Made by a program: the position numbers and the translations under genes
Source of the DNA: a bacterium
GTDB taxonomy: Bacteria > Planctomycetota > UBA11346
Length of the DNA: 60,740 bases
Reading direction: 5' to 3'
Assembly (NCBI GenBank): GCA_020047915.1
Contig: JAIFND010000039.1
Coordinates: 1 to 60,740, forward strand
Shown here: piece by piece, positions 34,289 through 44,819 of the stretch
How the letters are laid out: each line of letters starts with the position of its first letter
Numbering within the stretch: the stretch's first letter is position 1
Notes under the pieces: model-generated
Told to the model about the DNA's origin: nothing
Databases searched by the model: none
What the model saw: the letters and a program-made list of their open reading frames with translations, nothing else

Positions 34289-35259
34289 GCGTCGTCTTCC
34301 TTGGGGGAGCGGGAAAGGAGCTGATGCACGGCCTGGGCGACCGGGACGGACTCCCAGATGACGGAGGCCACCTGGGATGCGATCGGAAGTTCGACGGCCA
34401 CACGCCGCCCGAGCTCGACCGCCGCTCGGCAGGTCCATGCACCTTCGGCCACGGTGCTTGATTGGGATAGAAAGTCCATGGGGTTTTGCCCGCGCGCCAG
34501 CGCCAGCCCCAGGGCACGGTTGCGACCGTGCGGGGCATAGCAGGTGGTCATCAGATCGCCGACCCCGGCCACTCCGGCGAAGGTCGCATCCTGGGCGCCC
34601 AGGGCCCGGCCCAGGCGGCGCATCTCGGCCAGGCCGCGGGCGACCAGGGCGGCGCGCGCGTTGTCGCCCAAGCCCAGCCCCTCGCACATGCCGCTCGCCA
34701 CCGCGATGACGTTCTTGAGTGCCCCGCACAGTTCCACTCCCAGCAAGTCGCTGGAGGTGTAGATGCGCAGGCGCTGGCCGTGCAGCACCTCGACCAGGCG
34801 TCGGCAGGCGGCGGCGTCGCCGGCGGCGACCAGGCAGGCAGGCAGGCCACGCAGCACTTCGATGGCATGGCTGGGCCCAGAGAGGACTGCGACCGGCCGG
34901 CCGGGCAGCTCGGCGGTCAGGATTTCACTGACCCGGGCCAGCGAGCCCTGCTCGAGGCCCTTGGCCAGGGATACCACCGGCACGGTCGAGATCGCGGCCG
35001 ACAGTTCGCGCGCCTGGGCGCGGGTATGCTGGGTCGGCACGCCCCACAGGATGAGGTCGGCGCTACGCAGGCGCTTGGGATCGGAGACGATCTCAACGGC
35101 GGCAGGCAGCGGCAGGCCGGGCAGCTGGGGATGCTGGCGGTCGGCGGCGATGCGCGCCGTCTTGGCCGGATCACGGCCCCACAGCAGGACCGGCTCGCGA
35201 GCGGCGATCAGACAGGCGGTGGCCGTGCCCCAGGATCCGGTGCCGACGACGGCAATCAC
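34285..35259 (-). CDS. gpsA: NAD(P)H-dependent glycerol-3-phosphate dehydrogenase GpsA.
   Basis: IAVVGTGSWGTA, GPSHAIEV, LKNVIAVASGM, GDLMTTC. Confidence 0.9.
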   Translation of the reverse strand: MIAVVGTGSWGTATACLIAAREPVLLWGRDPAKTARIAADRQHPQLPGLPLPAAVEIVSDPKRLRSADLILWGVPTQHTRAQARELSAAISTVPVVSLAKGLEQGSLARVSEILTAELPGRPVAVLSGPSHAIEVLRGLPACLVAAGDAAACRRLVEVLHGQRLRIYTSSDLLGVELCGALKNVIAVASGMCEGLGLGDNARAALVARGLAEMRRLGRALGAQDATFAGVAGVGDLMTTCYAPHGRNRALGLALARGQNPMDFLSQSSTVAEGAWTCRAAVELGRRVAVELPIASQVASVIWESVPVAQAVHQLLSRSPKEDDA

Positions 35260-35425
35260 CCGAAAAGCCGCATTTCACAAGGAGGAACAAAGGCAACAGA
35301 GCTCGCAACGACACATTGCGAGCGATAGGACAGATACGATTCGCGGGAGTGATCGGCTGTGTTCCACGTCATGTCGCCTCCGTTACCTTCGTTCCTCCGT
35401 GTGAATCCGGATGCGATCTCCAGGA

Positions 35426-35842
35426 TCACAGGTCTGGCAGAGCCTTCGGATCGGTGGGATCAGGCGCCGCCGGTTCGGGGACGGTGCCACCGTCAGGATC
35501 GGTACGCCGGGCGCGGCTGATGATCTCGTCCATACGGTCGCGCTTCTGCTCGCGGTCATCGAACAGCAGGCGCAGGTCGGGAACCAGGCGGGTGCGCACC
35601 GCCGGGGCGAAGCTGCGCCGCAGATGCGGACGGGCGCTTTCCAGGGCGTGCTCGGCCAGCTTGCGCTCGCGCATGCCGCCCAGCACCGTCCAGTAGGCGG
35701 TGACCAACTGCAGATCGCCGGTCAGTTCGACCCGGGTGATCGTCACCAGGCCCATGCGCGGGTCGTCGAGCCCGCGCACCGCGGTGGCGATCTCGCGGTG
35801 CAGGAGCGAGGCGAGGCGCTGCTGACGGGTCGGAGCGGACAT
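35426..35842 (-). CDS. rbfA: Ribosome-binding factor A.
   Basis: RLASLLHREIATAV...DPRMGLVTITRVELTGDLQLVTAYWTV. Lies downstream of infB. Confidence 0.88.
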   Translation of the reverse strand: MSAPTRQQRLASLLHREIATAVRGLDDPRMGLVTITRVELTGDLQLVTAYWTVLGGMRERKLAEHALESARPHLRRSFAPAVRTRLVPDLRLLFDDREQKRDRMDEIISRARRTDPDGGTVPEPAAPDPTDPKALPDL

Positions 35843-35845
35843 GGG

Positions 35846-35983
35846 GTAGCTTAGAGCTTAGAGCTTTGAGCTTTGGGCTTTGAGCCCGAAGCGGTGCGTG
35901 ATTATTGGATTGCTGTGCAGCATAGGAAAAGTTCAGCGCAAAGTGAATGGTCTGCGGACTCTAAGCTCTAAGCTCTAAGCTTA
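35846..35983. repeat. Inverted tandem-heptamer element G1. (TAGAGCT/TTGAGCT)-type arm at 35846-35885, 72-nt AT-richer spacer, (CTAAGCT)x3 arm at 35958-35983 that overlaps the infB stop codon.
   Basis: gtagcttagagcttagagctttgagctttgggctttgagc ... actctaagctctaagctctaagctta. Confidence 0.88.
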
Positions 35984-38900
35984 GGAGGCGGCAGCCTTCC
36001 TCGGCACCTTTTCCTTGAGGTAGAACTCCATCAGGTCGCCTTCCTTGATGTCCTGGAAGTTCTCGACCGTCAGGCCGCACTCGAAGCCCTCGCGGACCTC
36101 CTTGACGTCCTCCTTGAAGCGCCGCAGCGAGCCGACCTTGCCGGCATGGAGGATGTTCGAGTCGCGGGTGATGCGCATGAAGGCGTCGCGGCGCACCAGG
36201 CCGTCGACCACGCGCAGACCGGCGACCATGCCCGTCTTGCTGATCTGGAAGGTCGTCTTCACCTCGGCGTGACCGATGATGTTCTCGCGCGTCTCGGGTT
36301 CGAGCATGCCGGCCGCGGCCAGCTTCAGCTCGTCGAGCAGCTCGTAGATGATGGTGTAGCTGCGGATGTCGACGCCGTTGTCGTCGGCGATCATGCGCGC
36401 CTTCGAGTCGGCGACGACGTGGAAGCCGATGACCGTGGCCTTGGACGCGACCGCCAGGGTCACGTCGCTGCTGTTGATGCCGCCGACGCCGCTGTGGATG
36501 ATCGCGACGCGGACATCCTGGCTGGTCAGGTCGTTGATCGTCTTCTGCAGCACTTCCAGCGAGCCGCTGGCGTCGGCCTTCACCACCACGCGCAGCTCCT
36601 TCTTCTTCGATTCGGCGATGTCGCCGAGGATCGAGCTGCTGGTGATGTTCTTGGCCTTGGCCATCAGTTCGCGGTCGCGGTTCTTCTGCCGGCGGACTTC
36701 GGCTGCCTCGGCAGCCTGGGCGAGGTCCTCCATCACCCGGAAGCTGTCGCCGGCGCGCGGCATCTCGTCGAGGCCGATGATCTCGGCAGCGGTCGAGGGT
36801 CCGGCGATCTCGGCGCGCTCGCCCTTCCAGTTGGTCAGGCTGCGCACGCGGCCATAGGCCGCACCGGCCAGCACGACATCACCGATCGCCAGCGTGCCAC
36901 GCTGCACCAGGAAGGTGGCGGTGACGCCCTGGCCTTCGCTGCGGTTGGCTTCGAGCACGGTGCCGGAGGCGGGGGCGAAGTGGTTCGCCTTCAGTTCCTT
37001 GACGTCGGTCTCGAGCGCGAGACGCGAGAGCAGGTCCTCGATGCCGACGCCGGTGATCGCGCTGGTGCGCACGACGCCGATCTCGCCGCCCCATTCCTCG
37101 GCCTGCAGACCCTGCTCGGCGAGCTGGCGGATGACGCGCTCCTGCGCCTGCGGGGTGGCCTCGGGCTTGTCGCACTTGTTCATCGCCACGACCACCGCGA
37201 CGCCGGCGGCCTTGGCGTGGTTGATCGCCTCGATGGTCTGCGGCATGCAGCCGTCCACCGCATCGACGACGATGACCGCGATGTCGGTCACCTTTGAACC
37301 ACGCGCGCGCATCTCGGTGAAGGCCTGGTGGCCGGGGGTGTCGATGAACGTCACCTCCATGCCGTTGGGCGCGGTCACGGTGTAGGCGCCGATATGCTGG
37401 GTGATGCCGCCGGCCTCGCCGGCCGCGATCTCGGTCTTGCGGATCGCATCGAGCAGGCTGGTCTTGCCGTGGTCAACGTGGCCCATGATGGTCACGATCG
37501 GCGGACGCGGGGTCAGGTCCTCGGGCTTGTCGGCGGTGATGACCTGGGTCTCGGCCTCGATCTCCTCGTCGAGATCCTTCGGCTCGGTGATGGTCACCGT
37601 CTTCTTGAATTCCTGGGCCAGCAGCTCGACCTCGGACTTGCCGAGCACCGAGTTGATGTTGGCCATCACGCCGGCCATGAACAGCTTGGCGATGATCACG
37701 CTGACCTTGACGCCGCCGGCCTCGGAGAACTCGCGCACCGTGCACGGCACGGCGATCGAGAACTCGGTGACGCCGCTGATGTCCTCGTCGAGCGACGAGC
37801 GCAGGCGGCGACGGGTGAGGTTGCCTTCCTGCTCGTTGGGATCGTCCTTGCCGGGCACCGCACCACGCGCGCCGCCGCGAGCCGGACCGCGGTTGGGACC
37901 ACCGGGGCCGCGGTTGGGGCCGCCCGGGCCGCGTCCAGGACCGCCGGGTCCGCGACCGGGACCGCCGGGTCCGCGGCTGAGGCCGCCTGGGCCGCCGGGC
38001 GTCTTGGTGCGGTCGATGGTGCGGAAGCCAGGACGCTTCGCCGCGGCCTTGGCCTCGGCGACCTTCTTGGCCATCTCCATGTTGCGCTGGATGTTGGCCT
38101 GGATGAGGCGGCGGCGTTCTTCGGGCGACAGCGGCTGGTCGGGCAGCACCGGGGTGCCGGCGGCGGGCGCGACGGGCGCGGGCGGCTTGGGTATCGCCTT
38201 GATCGTGTGGTCGGCCTTCTCGTGGGTCTGCTTGGCCATCGCGGCCAGCTTCGAGCCGACGCCGGCGACGGTCTTCAGGACCGGGGCGGCAGGCTTGGCG
38301 ACGACCGGCTTGGGGGCCAGGGCGGGGGCCCGCGCCGGCTCGGGGGTCGGGGCCAGTTCGGGCTGCGACTCGGCGATCGTGGTGAGGGTGGCGGGCGTCT
38401 GGGCCGGCGTGGCGGGCACGACGGCGGGCGTCTCGGCGACCGGGGTGACGGCCGGGGCGGCGGCAGGCGTGGCGGGCTGGGCTGCGGCGGCGGCTGCCGC
38501 AGCGGCATCGGCGCGCGCGGTGGCCTGGTTCTGCTTCATCGTGGCAAGCTGTTCGGCGATACGCTGGGCTTCGCTCTCGCGGCGGCGCAGCTCGTCCTCG
38601 GCGACGATGCGCTGGCGTTCCAGGTCCTGGCGGACGCGCTCGTCCTCTTCCAGGCGCTTGCGCTCGGAGGCCTCGTCGGCCACGCGCTTGGCGTCGTCCT
38701 CGGCCTGGCGGCGGGCCAGCTCCTCGGCGTGCTTCTTGCGCTCCTCGATGAGCTTGCGCTCCTCGTCGGCCTTGGCCTTGGCGGCCTCCTCCTCGGCCTT
38801 CTTCTTGCGCGTCTCCATGCCCTTCTTGGCCTGGAGCTTCTTCTGGTGCTTCTCTTCGAACTCCTTGGCGATGATCGGAGTGAAGGGCTTGCCGTCGGCG

Positions 38901-39058
38901 GTCTCGAGGCCGTCGCAGGCCAGGATGCGGGCGACCTCTGCTTCCTTCAGCACCGACTCGGCGCCTTTGGTAAGTTTGATCTTGAGATCGACCTCGACGA
39001 CCTCGACCAGGAGGTCGAGGGAGAGGTTATGGGCCTTGGCCAACTCGGCGAGCTTCAT
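35981..39058 (-). CDS. infB: Translation initiation factor IF-2.
   Basis: [22 protein letters not shown]-domain. Charged and Gly/Pro-rich N-terminal region. 1025 aa. Confidence 0.95.
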   Translation of the reverse strand: MKLAELAKAHNLSLDLLVEVVEVDLKIKLTKGAESVLKEAEVARILACDGLETADGKPFTPIIAKEFEEKHQKKLQAKKGMETRKKKAEEEAAKAKADEERKLIEERKKHAEELARRQAEDDAKRVADEASERKRLEEDERVRQDLERQRIVAEDELRRRESEAQRIAEQLATMKQNQATARADAAAAAAAAAQPATPAAAPAVTPVAETPAVVPATPAQTPATLTTIAESQPELAPTPEPARAPALAPKPVVAKPAAPVLKTVAGVGSKLAAMAKQTHEKADHTIKAIPKPPAPVAPAAGTPVLPDQPLSPEERRRLIQANIQRNMEMAKKVAEAKAAAKRPGFRTIDRTKTPGGPGGLSRGPGGPGRGPGGPGRGPGGPNRGPGGPNRGPARGGARGAVPGKDDPNEQEGNLTRRRLRSSLDEDISGVTEFSIAVPCTVREFSEAGGVKVSVIIAKLFMAGVMANINSVLGKSEVELLAQEFKKTVTITEPKDLDEEIEAETQVITADKPEDLTPRPPIVTIMGHVDHGKTSLLDAIRKTEIAAGEAGGITQHIGAYTVTAPNGMEVTFIDTPGHQAFTEMRARGSKVTDIAVIVVDAVDGCMPQTIEAINHAKAAGVAVVVAMNKCDKPEATPQAQERVIRQLAEQGLQAEEWGGEIGVVRTSAITGVGIEDLLSRLALETDVKELKANHFAPASGTVLEANRSEGQGVTATFLVQRGTLAIGDVVLAGAAYGRVRSLTNWKGERAEIAGPSTAAEIIGLDEMPRAGDSFRVMEDLAQAAEAAEVRRQKNRDRELMAKAKNITSSSILGDIAESKKKELRVVVKADASGSLEVLQKTINDLTSQDVRVAIIHSGVGGINSSDVTLAVASKATVIGFHVVADSKARMIADDNGVDIRSYTIIYELLDELKLAAAGMLEPETRENIIGHAEVKTTFQISKTGMVAGLRVVDGLVRRDAFMRITRDSNILHAGKVGSLRRFKEDVKEVREGFECGLTVENFQDIKEGDLMEFYLKEKVPRKAAAS

Positions 39059-39125
39059 GCAGTTTCCGTAGGGGCGAACACGATGGCGCGGTTCCGGCCG
39101 CGCTCAAGCGGCGGTCTGCGCCGTG

Positions 39126-40433
39126 TCAGGAGGCCGCCGAGGACGAGGTCGGGGCCGGCTGGGCGGCGGCGGTGGCGGCGGCGGCGATGGCGCGCGCCTC
39201 TTCTTCCTGGGCACGGCGCTCGGCCTCGGCGCGCTGTTCAAGCAGCTTCTGCTTGTCGGCGCGCTGCTCGGGGGTGAGCAGCTCTTCGGCCTTGGCGATC
39301 AGCTTGGTGGCCAGCTCGAGATCGACCGGGGCGCCCTGCAGGCCCTCGACCAGGCGCTCGGGCACCTGGGCGGCAAGCACCGAGAGGGCGTCGAGGTGGT
39401 TGTCGAGGAAGGTCTCGCGCAGGAAGTCGTCGAGCAGCTTGGCGTCGATGAGCAGCTGGAGCTCTTCCGAGCCCTTCTGGCGCTTCTCGGTCTGCGCCTC
39501 TTCGCTCATCACGTCGATCTTGTAGCGGGTCAGGCGGGCCGACAGGCGGACGTTCTGGCCGGCCTTGCCGATCGCCAGGGGCAGCTGGTCCTGCGACACC
39601 ACGACGCGGGCGCGGTCGCGGAAGTGGTCGTAGCTGATGCGCAGGATGCGGGCGGGCTTGAGCGAGTTCTCGATGTACTGCGCCGAGTCCTCGGCCCACG
39701 GGATGATGTCGATCTTCTCGCCGCCGAGTTCATCGGTGACCTTGCTGATGCGGCTGCCGCGCATGCCGACGCACGAACCGACCGGGTCGATGCGCGGATC
39801 AGTGCTGGCGACCGCGATCTTGGTGCGGCGGCCGGGCTCGCGCACGATGCCCTTCACCTCGATCAGGCCGTCGGCGATCTCGGGGATCTCGGCACGGAAC
39901 AACTCGCGCACGAAGTTGGCGTGGGTACGCGAGAGGACGATGCGCAGGCGGCTGCCCTTCTTCTCGCACTTCAGCACGTAGGCGCGCACCACCGCACCGG
40001 GGCGGTACACCTCGCCGGGCAACTGCTCCTCTTTCGGCATGATCGCCTCGGCGCGGCCGCCCAGGGCGATGATCGCCATGCCGTGCTCTTCACGCATGAC
40101 CGTGCCTGAGACGACGGTGTGCAGACGGGGTGAGAAGTCGTCGTAGAGGCGGTCTCGCTCGGTCTCGCGCAGGCCCTGCACGAAGACCTGCTTGGCGACG
40201 TTGGCGACGATACGGCCGAGCGTCTCGAGATCGACCGGCTTGTCGTCCTCGAAGGCGCGGATCTCGCCGCTCTCGCGGTCGATCGTCACGGTGAAGTCGC
40301 CGGTCGCGTCGAAACGCTTCTGGGCGGCCTGCTGCATCGCGCGCTCGATGTGGTCGATGATCACGGATTTGTCGACGCCGCGCTCCTTGGCGAGGGCTTC
40401 GACGCGCTGCAGGAAATTGGCGGCGTTGAACAT
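39126..40433 (-). CDS. nusA: Transcription termination/antitermination factor NusA.
   Basis: N-terminal domain, S1, two KH domains (GACVGMRGSRI-type motif) and an acidic C-terminal repeat. Upstream of infB. Confidence 0.95.
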   Translation of the reverse strand: MFNAANFLQRVEALAKERGVDKSVIIDHIERAMQQAAQKRFDATGDFTVTIDRESGEIRAFEDDKPVDLETLGRIVANVAKQVFVQGLRETERDRLYDDFSPRLHTVVSGTVMREEHGMAIIALGGRAEAIMPKEEQLPGEVYRPGAVVRAYVLKCEKKGSRLRIVLSRTHANFVRELFRAEIPEIADGLIEVKGIVREPGRRTKIAVASTDPRIDPVGSCVGMRGSRISKVTDELGGEKIDIIPWAEDSAQYIENSLKPARILRISYDHFRDRARVVVSQDQLPLAIGKAGQNVRLSARLTRYKIDVMSEEAQTEKRQKGSEELQLLIDAKLLDDFLRETFLDNHLDALSVLAAQVPERLVEGLQGAPVDLELATKLIAKAEELLTPEQRADKQKLLEQRAEAERRAQEEEARAIAAAATAAAQPAPTSSSAAS

Positions 40434-40565
40434 CTGGATCGTCCTAGACGAAAAAAGCGTGAGCCGGAGGGCCCACGCTTCCGGTTTCCCGAAAGGTTGA
40501 GACGGCAGGAGGGTATCGTCTTTCGCGGGTGGTCAATGTGGATCCGGCGGGGCAGGGGGAGGGGA

Positions 40566-40712
40566 GGCGGAAGGCGGAAGGCGGAAGGCGGAAGAGTCGC
40601 TTGATGCGTGCGATCGGCATCAGTCCGGTTCACGGGCCAATGCTGCGCCCGGCGGATGGCGACGATCGCGCAACTTGGCAATTCTTCCGCCTTCCGCCTT
40701 CCTCCTTCCGCC
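40566..40712. repeat. Inverted tandem-heptamer element E3. (GGCGGAA)x4 at 40566-40594, 89-nt spacer, (TTCCKCC)x4 at 40684-40712. Lies between the RACo-like gene and nusA.
   Basis: Read directly. One unit carries a G-to-T change (cttcctcc). Confidence 0.9.
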
Positions 40713-40728
40713 TTTCGACCTGGGTGTG

Positions 40729-42216
40729 CTACGCCCCCGCCCCCGGAAATGCCATCGCATCTATGTACGTGTCGTCGAAGCTGGGTTCGATCTTCAGTTC
40801 GACCTGGCGGGTCAGCGAGCGGATCGCGGTATAGGCATGATCATCATCATGCAGGGCCAGGCGCGCGCCGAGCAGGGCGCTGTTGCCCGACGGGCTGATG
40901 CGCTCGGGGGCGATGGGCAGCAGGCCGATACGCACCGCAGAAACGATGCGCACGTAGTTGCCGAAGGCGCCGGCCAGGAAGACCCGACGCAGGTCGTGCA
41001 CCGTGCCACCGCGCGCCTTGCACAGCAGATGTATGCCGGCCGCGATCGCGCCCTTGGCAAGCTGCAGCTGGCGCACATCCATGCCCTGCAGGGCGAGGCC
41101 GGGCGCCAGCGGCAGGTCGGTGCGGCCGCGCGCCAGTCGCCCCGAGGGCACGATCCAGCCGAGTTCAAGGGCGGCGGCGACCGCATCGACCAGACCACTG
41201 CCGCAGATGCCGCGCGGCGCACCGCCACCCAGCACCTCGGGCGCCAGGGCACCGTCCACCGCCTGCACCGCGCCGATCGCGCCGGTCGCGGCGCGCATGC
41301 CGATCGAGATGCCGGCGCCCTCGAATGCCGGCCCGGCGGCGGTGCTGGCGCACACCAGGCCATCGCGCCCGCCGCACACCAACTCGCCGTTGGTGCCCAG
41401 GTCGATGAGCAGGTTGAGGCCATCGAGACGGTGCAGCCCGGTGGCGAGGATGCCGGCAGTGAGGTCCGAGCCGACGAAGCCGCCGAGGCAGGGCAGGACG
41501 CGCACCGGGGCGTCGATGCCCCAGCCGAGATCGCGCGCCTGCAGGTCCAGCAGTCCATCCTCCACCGGCCGGTAGGGCGGGGTGGACAGCGGCGTGACGT
41601 CGATGCAACCGAACAGGTGGTGCATCGCGGTGTTACCGACCACCACAACGAGGCGCACCGGGACCGGCGCGAGGACGGCCAGTTCGCCGGCCATGCGGCC
41701 CAGTTCGCCGCGCACCAGGCCGGCCAGCTCGGCGGCGCCGCCACGCTTGGCGTGGTCGATGCGCGTCATCAGGTCGGCACCGAGACGGGCCTGCGGATTC
41801 AGCGCGGTGCGCGTCGCCAGCACCCGGCCATCGCGGCGATCGACCAACTGGGCGACCAGGGTGGTGGTGCCGAGGTCGATGGCGATGCCGCAGCCGTCAC
41901 GCGGCGCGACCGTCACCGGGGTGTCATCGGCGAGGACCGGGCTCGACCAGCGCGCCAGCTCCAGGACCAGGCCATCGTACGCCGCCATGCGGCAGCCGAG
42001 GCGCCAACCGGCGGCAAGCTGGTCCGGGGTGAACGAGCGCAGGTCGGCCTCGACCGGGGGCGGTGGCACCGACAGCACGCGCACCCGGCAGGCCTTGCAC
42101 GTGCCGCGCCCGCCGCACGGGAACTCGACCCCATGCGGGAACAGCAGCTGCTGCAGCGGCGTCCCGGCAGCGACCTCGAGTGTGGTTCCGGCGGGCAGCA
42201 GGCGGACCGTCGCCAT
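40729..42216 (-). CDS. Corrinoid reductive activase (RACo/AcsV-like): 2Fe-2S ferredoxin domain plus an ASKHA ATPase domain (DUF4445).
   Basis: N-terminus CGGRGTCKACRV plant-type ferredoxin motif. IAIDLGTTTLV and LLIDLGTNGE ASKHA phosphate motifs. Confidence 0.8.
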   Translation of the reverse strand: MATVRLLPAGTTLEVAAGTPLQQLLFPHGVEFPCGGRGTCKACRVRVLSVPPPPVEADLRSFTPDQLAAGWRLGCRMAAYDGLVLELARWSSPVLADDTPVTVAPRDGCGIAIDLGTTTLVAQLVDRRDGRVLATRTALNPQARLGADLMTRIDHAKRGGAAELAGLVRGELGRMAGELAVLAPVPVRLVVVVGNTAMHHLFGCIDVTPLSTPPYRPVEDGLLDLQARDLGWGIDAPVRVLPCLGGFVGSDLTAGILATGLHRLDGLNLLIDLGTNGELVCGGRDGLVCASTAAGPAFEGAGISIGMRAATGAIGAVQAVDGALAPEVLGGGAPRGICGSGLVDAVAAALELGWIVPSGRLARGRTDLPLAPGLALQGMDVRQLQLAKGAIAAGIHLLCKARGGTVHDLRRVFLAGAFGNYVRIVSAVRIGLLPIAPERISPSGNSALLGARLALHDDDHAYTAIRSLTRQVELKIEPSFDDTYIDAMAFPGAGA

Positions 42217-42242
42217 CAGCGATCCTCACCCGATGCAGGCAA

Positions 42243-42408
42243 GGCGGAAGGCGGAAGGCGGAAGGCGGAAGAGTTGCCAAGCCGGGACGATGGACGCTGT
42301 CCGCCTGGATCAGCCCACCGCCCGTTCGGACCCAGGGCGCACGCTAAAGCTGTATCCCCGAGCGCGCAGATCCGCATTTCTTCCGCCTTCCTCCTTCCGC
42401 CTTCCGCC
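42243..42408. repeat. Inverted tandem-heptamer element E4. (GGCGGAA)x4 at 42243-42271, 108-nt spacer, (TTCCKCC)x4 at 42380-42408. Lies between the DUF1638 gene and the RACo-like gene.
   Basis: Read directly. Shares the junction motifs gagttgc and atccgcatttcttcc with E1. Confidence 0.9.
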
Positions 42409-42427
42409 TTCGTCGGCCTGCCCGCCC

Positions 42428-43186
42428 TCACGCTTCCGCCCCGATCAGGCTGCCATCGTAACGCGGCACGATGCGGCTTCCGGGCGGCACGACCAGGAAG
42501 CGCTGCTCGTCCCACGGCCCGTTGACCAGGGCCTCGATCCAGGCGGTGTCGCCGGGCATCACCTCCAGGCGCCAGCCCTGGCTGGCGGCGCGACGGGCGG
42601 CCTCGGCGCGCACCCCCTCCTGCGGACCAACCCCGGTATCGATGTAGGCCAGACGCTCGTAGTGACGGCATTGCGCCTGCATCTCGTCCCACAGGTAGCG
42701 GGCGTTGTCCTCGCCGTACTTCTCCAGCATGCGCCGCCAGGCCGGGTCATCGGCCGGCGGATCCTTGGGCGTGTTGGCCAGCCAGTCGCTGGCGTCGCCG
42801 CGAAAGCGCTCGATCCAGCCGATCGACAGCCAGTAGGTGCCAGGGGCCTTGGCGTGCTCGTCGGTGAAGCGCTTGGCCGAGCCGAGCAGGCAGGCGATGC
42901 AGTCGTGGCTACGCAGGGCGACCAGCGGAGCGTGGCGCGCCTGCAGGCCGAGGATGCCGTTGTTGCACAGGGCGTAGCCGAGGATCACCGCGTCGTAGCC
43001 TTCGGCCGGTACGGCATCGATCGCAGCCTGGATCTCGCGCGCCATCGGCTTGCCGCCCTGGCTGTGCAGGTTGGCGGGCAGGAAGCGGATATCCACGAGG
43101 TTGGGCGAGCGCGCCGCTGCGGCGGCCAGTTCACGCGTGAACACGCCGCAGCCGATCGCAGCGTAGCGCTTGGCCACGATGGTCAT
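42428..43186 (-). CDS. DUF1638 domain protein (typical neighbour of corrinoid methyltransferase systems).
   Basis: Family-like N-terminus (AAIGCGVFTREL) and conserved context with a B12-binding protein. Starts 3 nt after the upstream stop. Confidence 0.65.
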   Translation of the reverse strand: MTIVAKRYAAIGCGVFTRELAAAAARSPNLVDIRFLPANLHSQGGKPMAREIQAAIDAVPAEGYDAVILGYALCNNGILGLQARHAPLVALRSHDCIACLLGSAKRFTDEHAKAPGTYWLSIGWIERFRGDASDWLANTPKDPPADDPAWRRMLEKYGEDNARYLWDEMQAQCRHYERLAYIDTGVGPQEGVRAEAARRAASQGWRLEVMPGDTAWIEALVNGPWDEQRFLVVPPGSRIVPRYDGSLIGAEA

Positions 43187-43188
43187 CG

Positions 43189-43827
43189 TCAGGCCGGCGC
43201 GACCAGGCGCCGGGCCAGGGCGACGGCAGAGCTGGCGTTGTCGCTGTAGCCGTCAGCGCCGATCTCCTTGGCGTAGGCGTCGGTGATCGGCGCGCCGCCG
43301 ATCATCACCTTGACCTTGCCGCGCACGCCCGAGGCGTTGAGCGCCGCCAGGGTGTCCTTCATCGCCGGCATGGTGGTGGTGAGCAGGGCGGAGAGGGCGA
43401 TGATGTTGGCCCCCTTCTCGTTCACCGCGGCGACGAACTTGTCGGGCGCGACGTCGACACCGAGGTCGATGATCTCGAAGCCGCCGCCTTCCAGCATCGC
43501 GGCGACCAGGTTCTTGCCGATGTCGTGCAGGTCGCCCTTGACCGTGCCGATGGCGACCTTGCCGACCGGCTGCACGCCACTCTTGGCGAGCAGCGGACGG
43601 ATCAGCTCCATCGAGCCCTTCATCGCGCGGGCCGAGATCAGCAGCTCGGGCACGAAATACTCGTTACACTCGAAGCGGCGGCCGACCTCGTCCATGGCCG
43701 GGATCAGCGCTTTGCCGAGCAGGTCGCCGGGGGAGACGCCGGCCTTGATGGCGGCGTCGGTCAGCGCCTTGGCGGTCTTGGCGTCGCCATCGACAACGGC
43801 GTCATGAAGGGGCTTGAGATCGGTCAT
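43189..43827 (-). CDS. Cobalamin-binding corrinoid protein (MtaC/MtbC-like).
   Basis: B12-binding-2 helical cap plus a Rossmann domain with GTVKGDLHDIGKNLV (DxHxxG) and the SALLTTT motif. Confidence 0.85.
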   Translation of the reverse strand: MTDLKPLHDAVVDGDAKTAKALTDAAIKAGVSPGDLLGKALIPAMDEVGRRFECNEYFVPELLISARAMKGSMELIRPLLAKSGVQPVGKVAIGTVKGDLHDIGKNLVAAMLEGGGFEIIDLGVDVAPDKFVAAVNEKGANIIALSALLTTTMPAMKDTLAALNASGVRGKVKVMIGGAPITDAYAKEIGADGYSDNASSAVALARRLVAPA

Positions 43828-43907
43828 GGTCGGGCTCCTGGCGGAAGGCGTGGTTGCTGGCTGCGATGATAGGTCGGCACACGGACAGACACCTATCTTT
43901 TACGATC

Positions 43908-44819
43908 ATGGATGCGACCATTACGATCATGGCCAGGAACCCCGCGCAGTTCACCATCGTCACTGACTTCCCGCCCCGCACCTGCGACACCTCGCCGTCC
44001 TTCGCCCGCTCGCTGGCCAGCCTGGCGCTGCCCCAGGTCAGCGCCGCACTCTACGCATGCACCGCCGCCTGGCGCATTCCGCGCCGGCGCCAACGCCATG
44101 ATCTGCTGCTGCTGCCGCTGGCCGGTCGCCTCAAGGCCGGCATCGATGGGCGCTGGTACGCCCTCTCCCCGCGCCGGCTGCTGCTCGCCCCGCGTGGCAG
44201 CTGGGTGCAGGCCGAGGCCGATCCAGCCGCCCCGCCGCGCCTGGCCATCATCGTCCTGCGTGCCGACACCGCGGGCGGGATACCGGTGCAGGTGGCGGCC
44301 GGACTGCCGTGGGCGGTGCAGCTGCGCGACGAGGACGGCGTCGAGGCCCTGCTGCTCGCCGCCTGCCGCGAGGACGCGCAGCGCGCTCCTGGCTGGCAGC
44401 CGGCCGTGCATGCCCTGGTCATCCAGGCGCTGGTGGCGGTCGCGCGCCGCGCCGGAGCGCGCACCGCCATCCGCAACCCGGCTTCAGCCGGCGCGCTGGC
44501 ACGCATCAGTCCGGCCCTGGCGGTGATGAGCCAGGACCTCGCCCAGCCGCTGCGTATCCCCGAGCTGGCGCTGGCCTGCGGACTGGGCGCGGTGCAGTTC
44601 CGCCGCCTGTTCCGCGCCGCCCTGGCGCGCACGCCGATCCAGCACCTGCACCGCCTGCGTCTGGCCGAGGCGCAACGCCTGCTCGCCGGGGGGGCGCTGG
44701 TGCATGAGGCGGCCGAGGCGGTGGGTTACCGCTCCAGCGCCTGCCTCGACCGTATCTTCCGCCGCCTCGCCAACGCCCCGCCGGGGCGCTGGCGGCAGAC
44801 GGCGCTGGGCCTCACCTGA
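43908..44819 (+). CDS. AraC-family transcriptional regulator.
   Basis: C-terminal double HTH (IPELALACGLGAVQFRRLFR ... EAAEAVGYRSSACLDRIFRR). Divergent from the corrinoid genes. Confidence 0.78.
   Translation: MDATITIMARNPAQFTIVTDFPPRTCDTSPSFARSLASLALPQVSAALYACTAAWRIPRRRQRHDLLLLPLAGRLKAGIDGRWYALSPRRLLLAPRGSWVQAEADPAAPPRLAIIVLRADTAGGIPVQVAAGLPWAVQLRDEDGVEALLLAACREDAQRAPGWQPAVHALVIQALVAVARRAGARTAIRNPASAGALARISPALAVMSQDLAQPLRIPELALACGLGAVQFRRLFRAALARTPIQHLHRLRLAEAQRLLAGGALVHEAAEAVGYRSSACLDRIFRRLANAPPGRWRQTALGLT

Noticed and set aside
37860-38000. [16 protein letters not shown]-encoding DNA repeats in infB.
   Set aside because: A low-complexity Gly/Pro/Arg N-terminal region is a common, variable feature of IF-2. 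It is not treated as a separate element.
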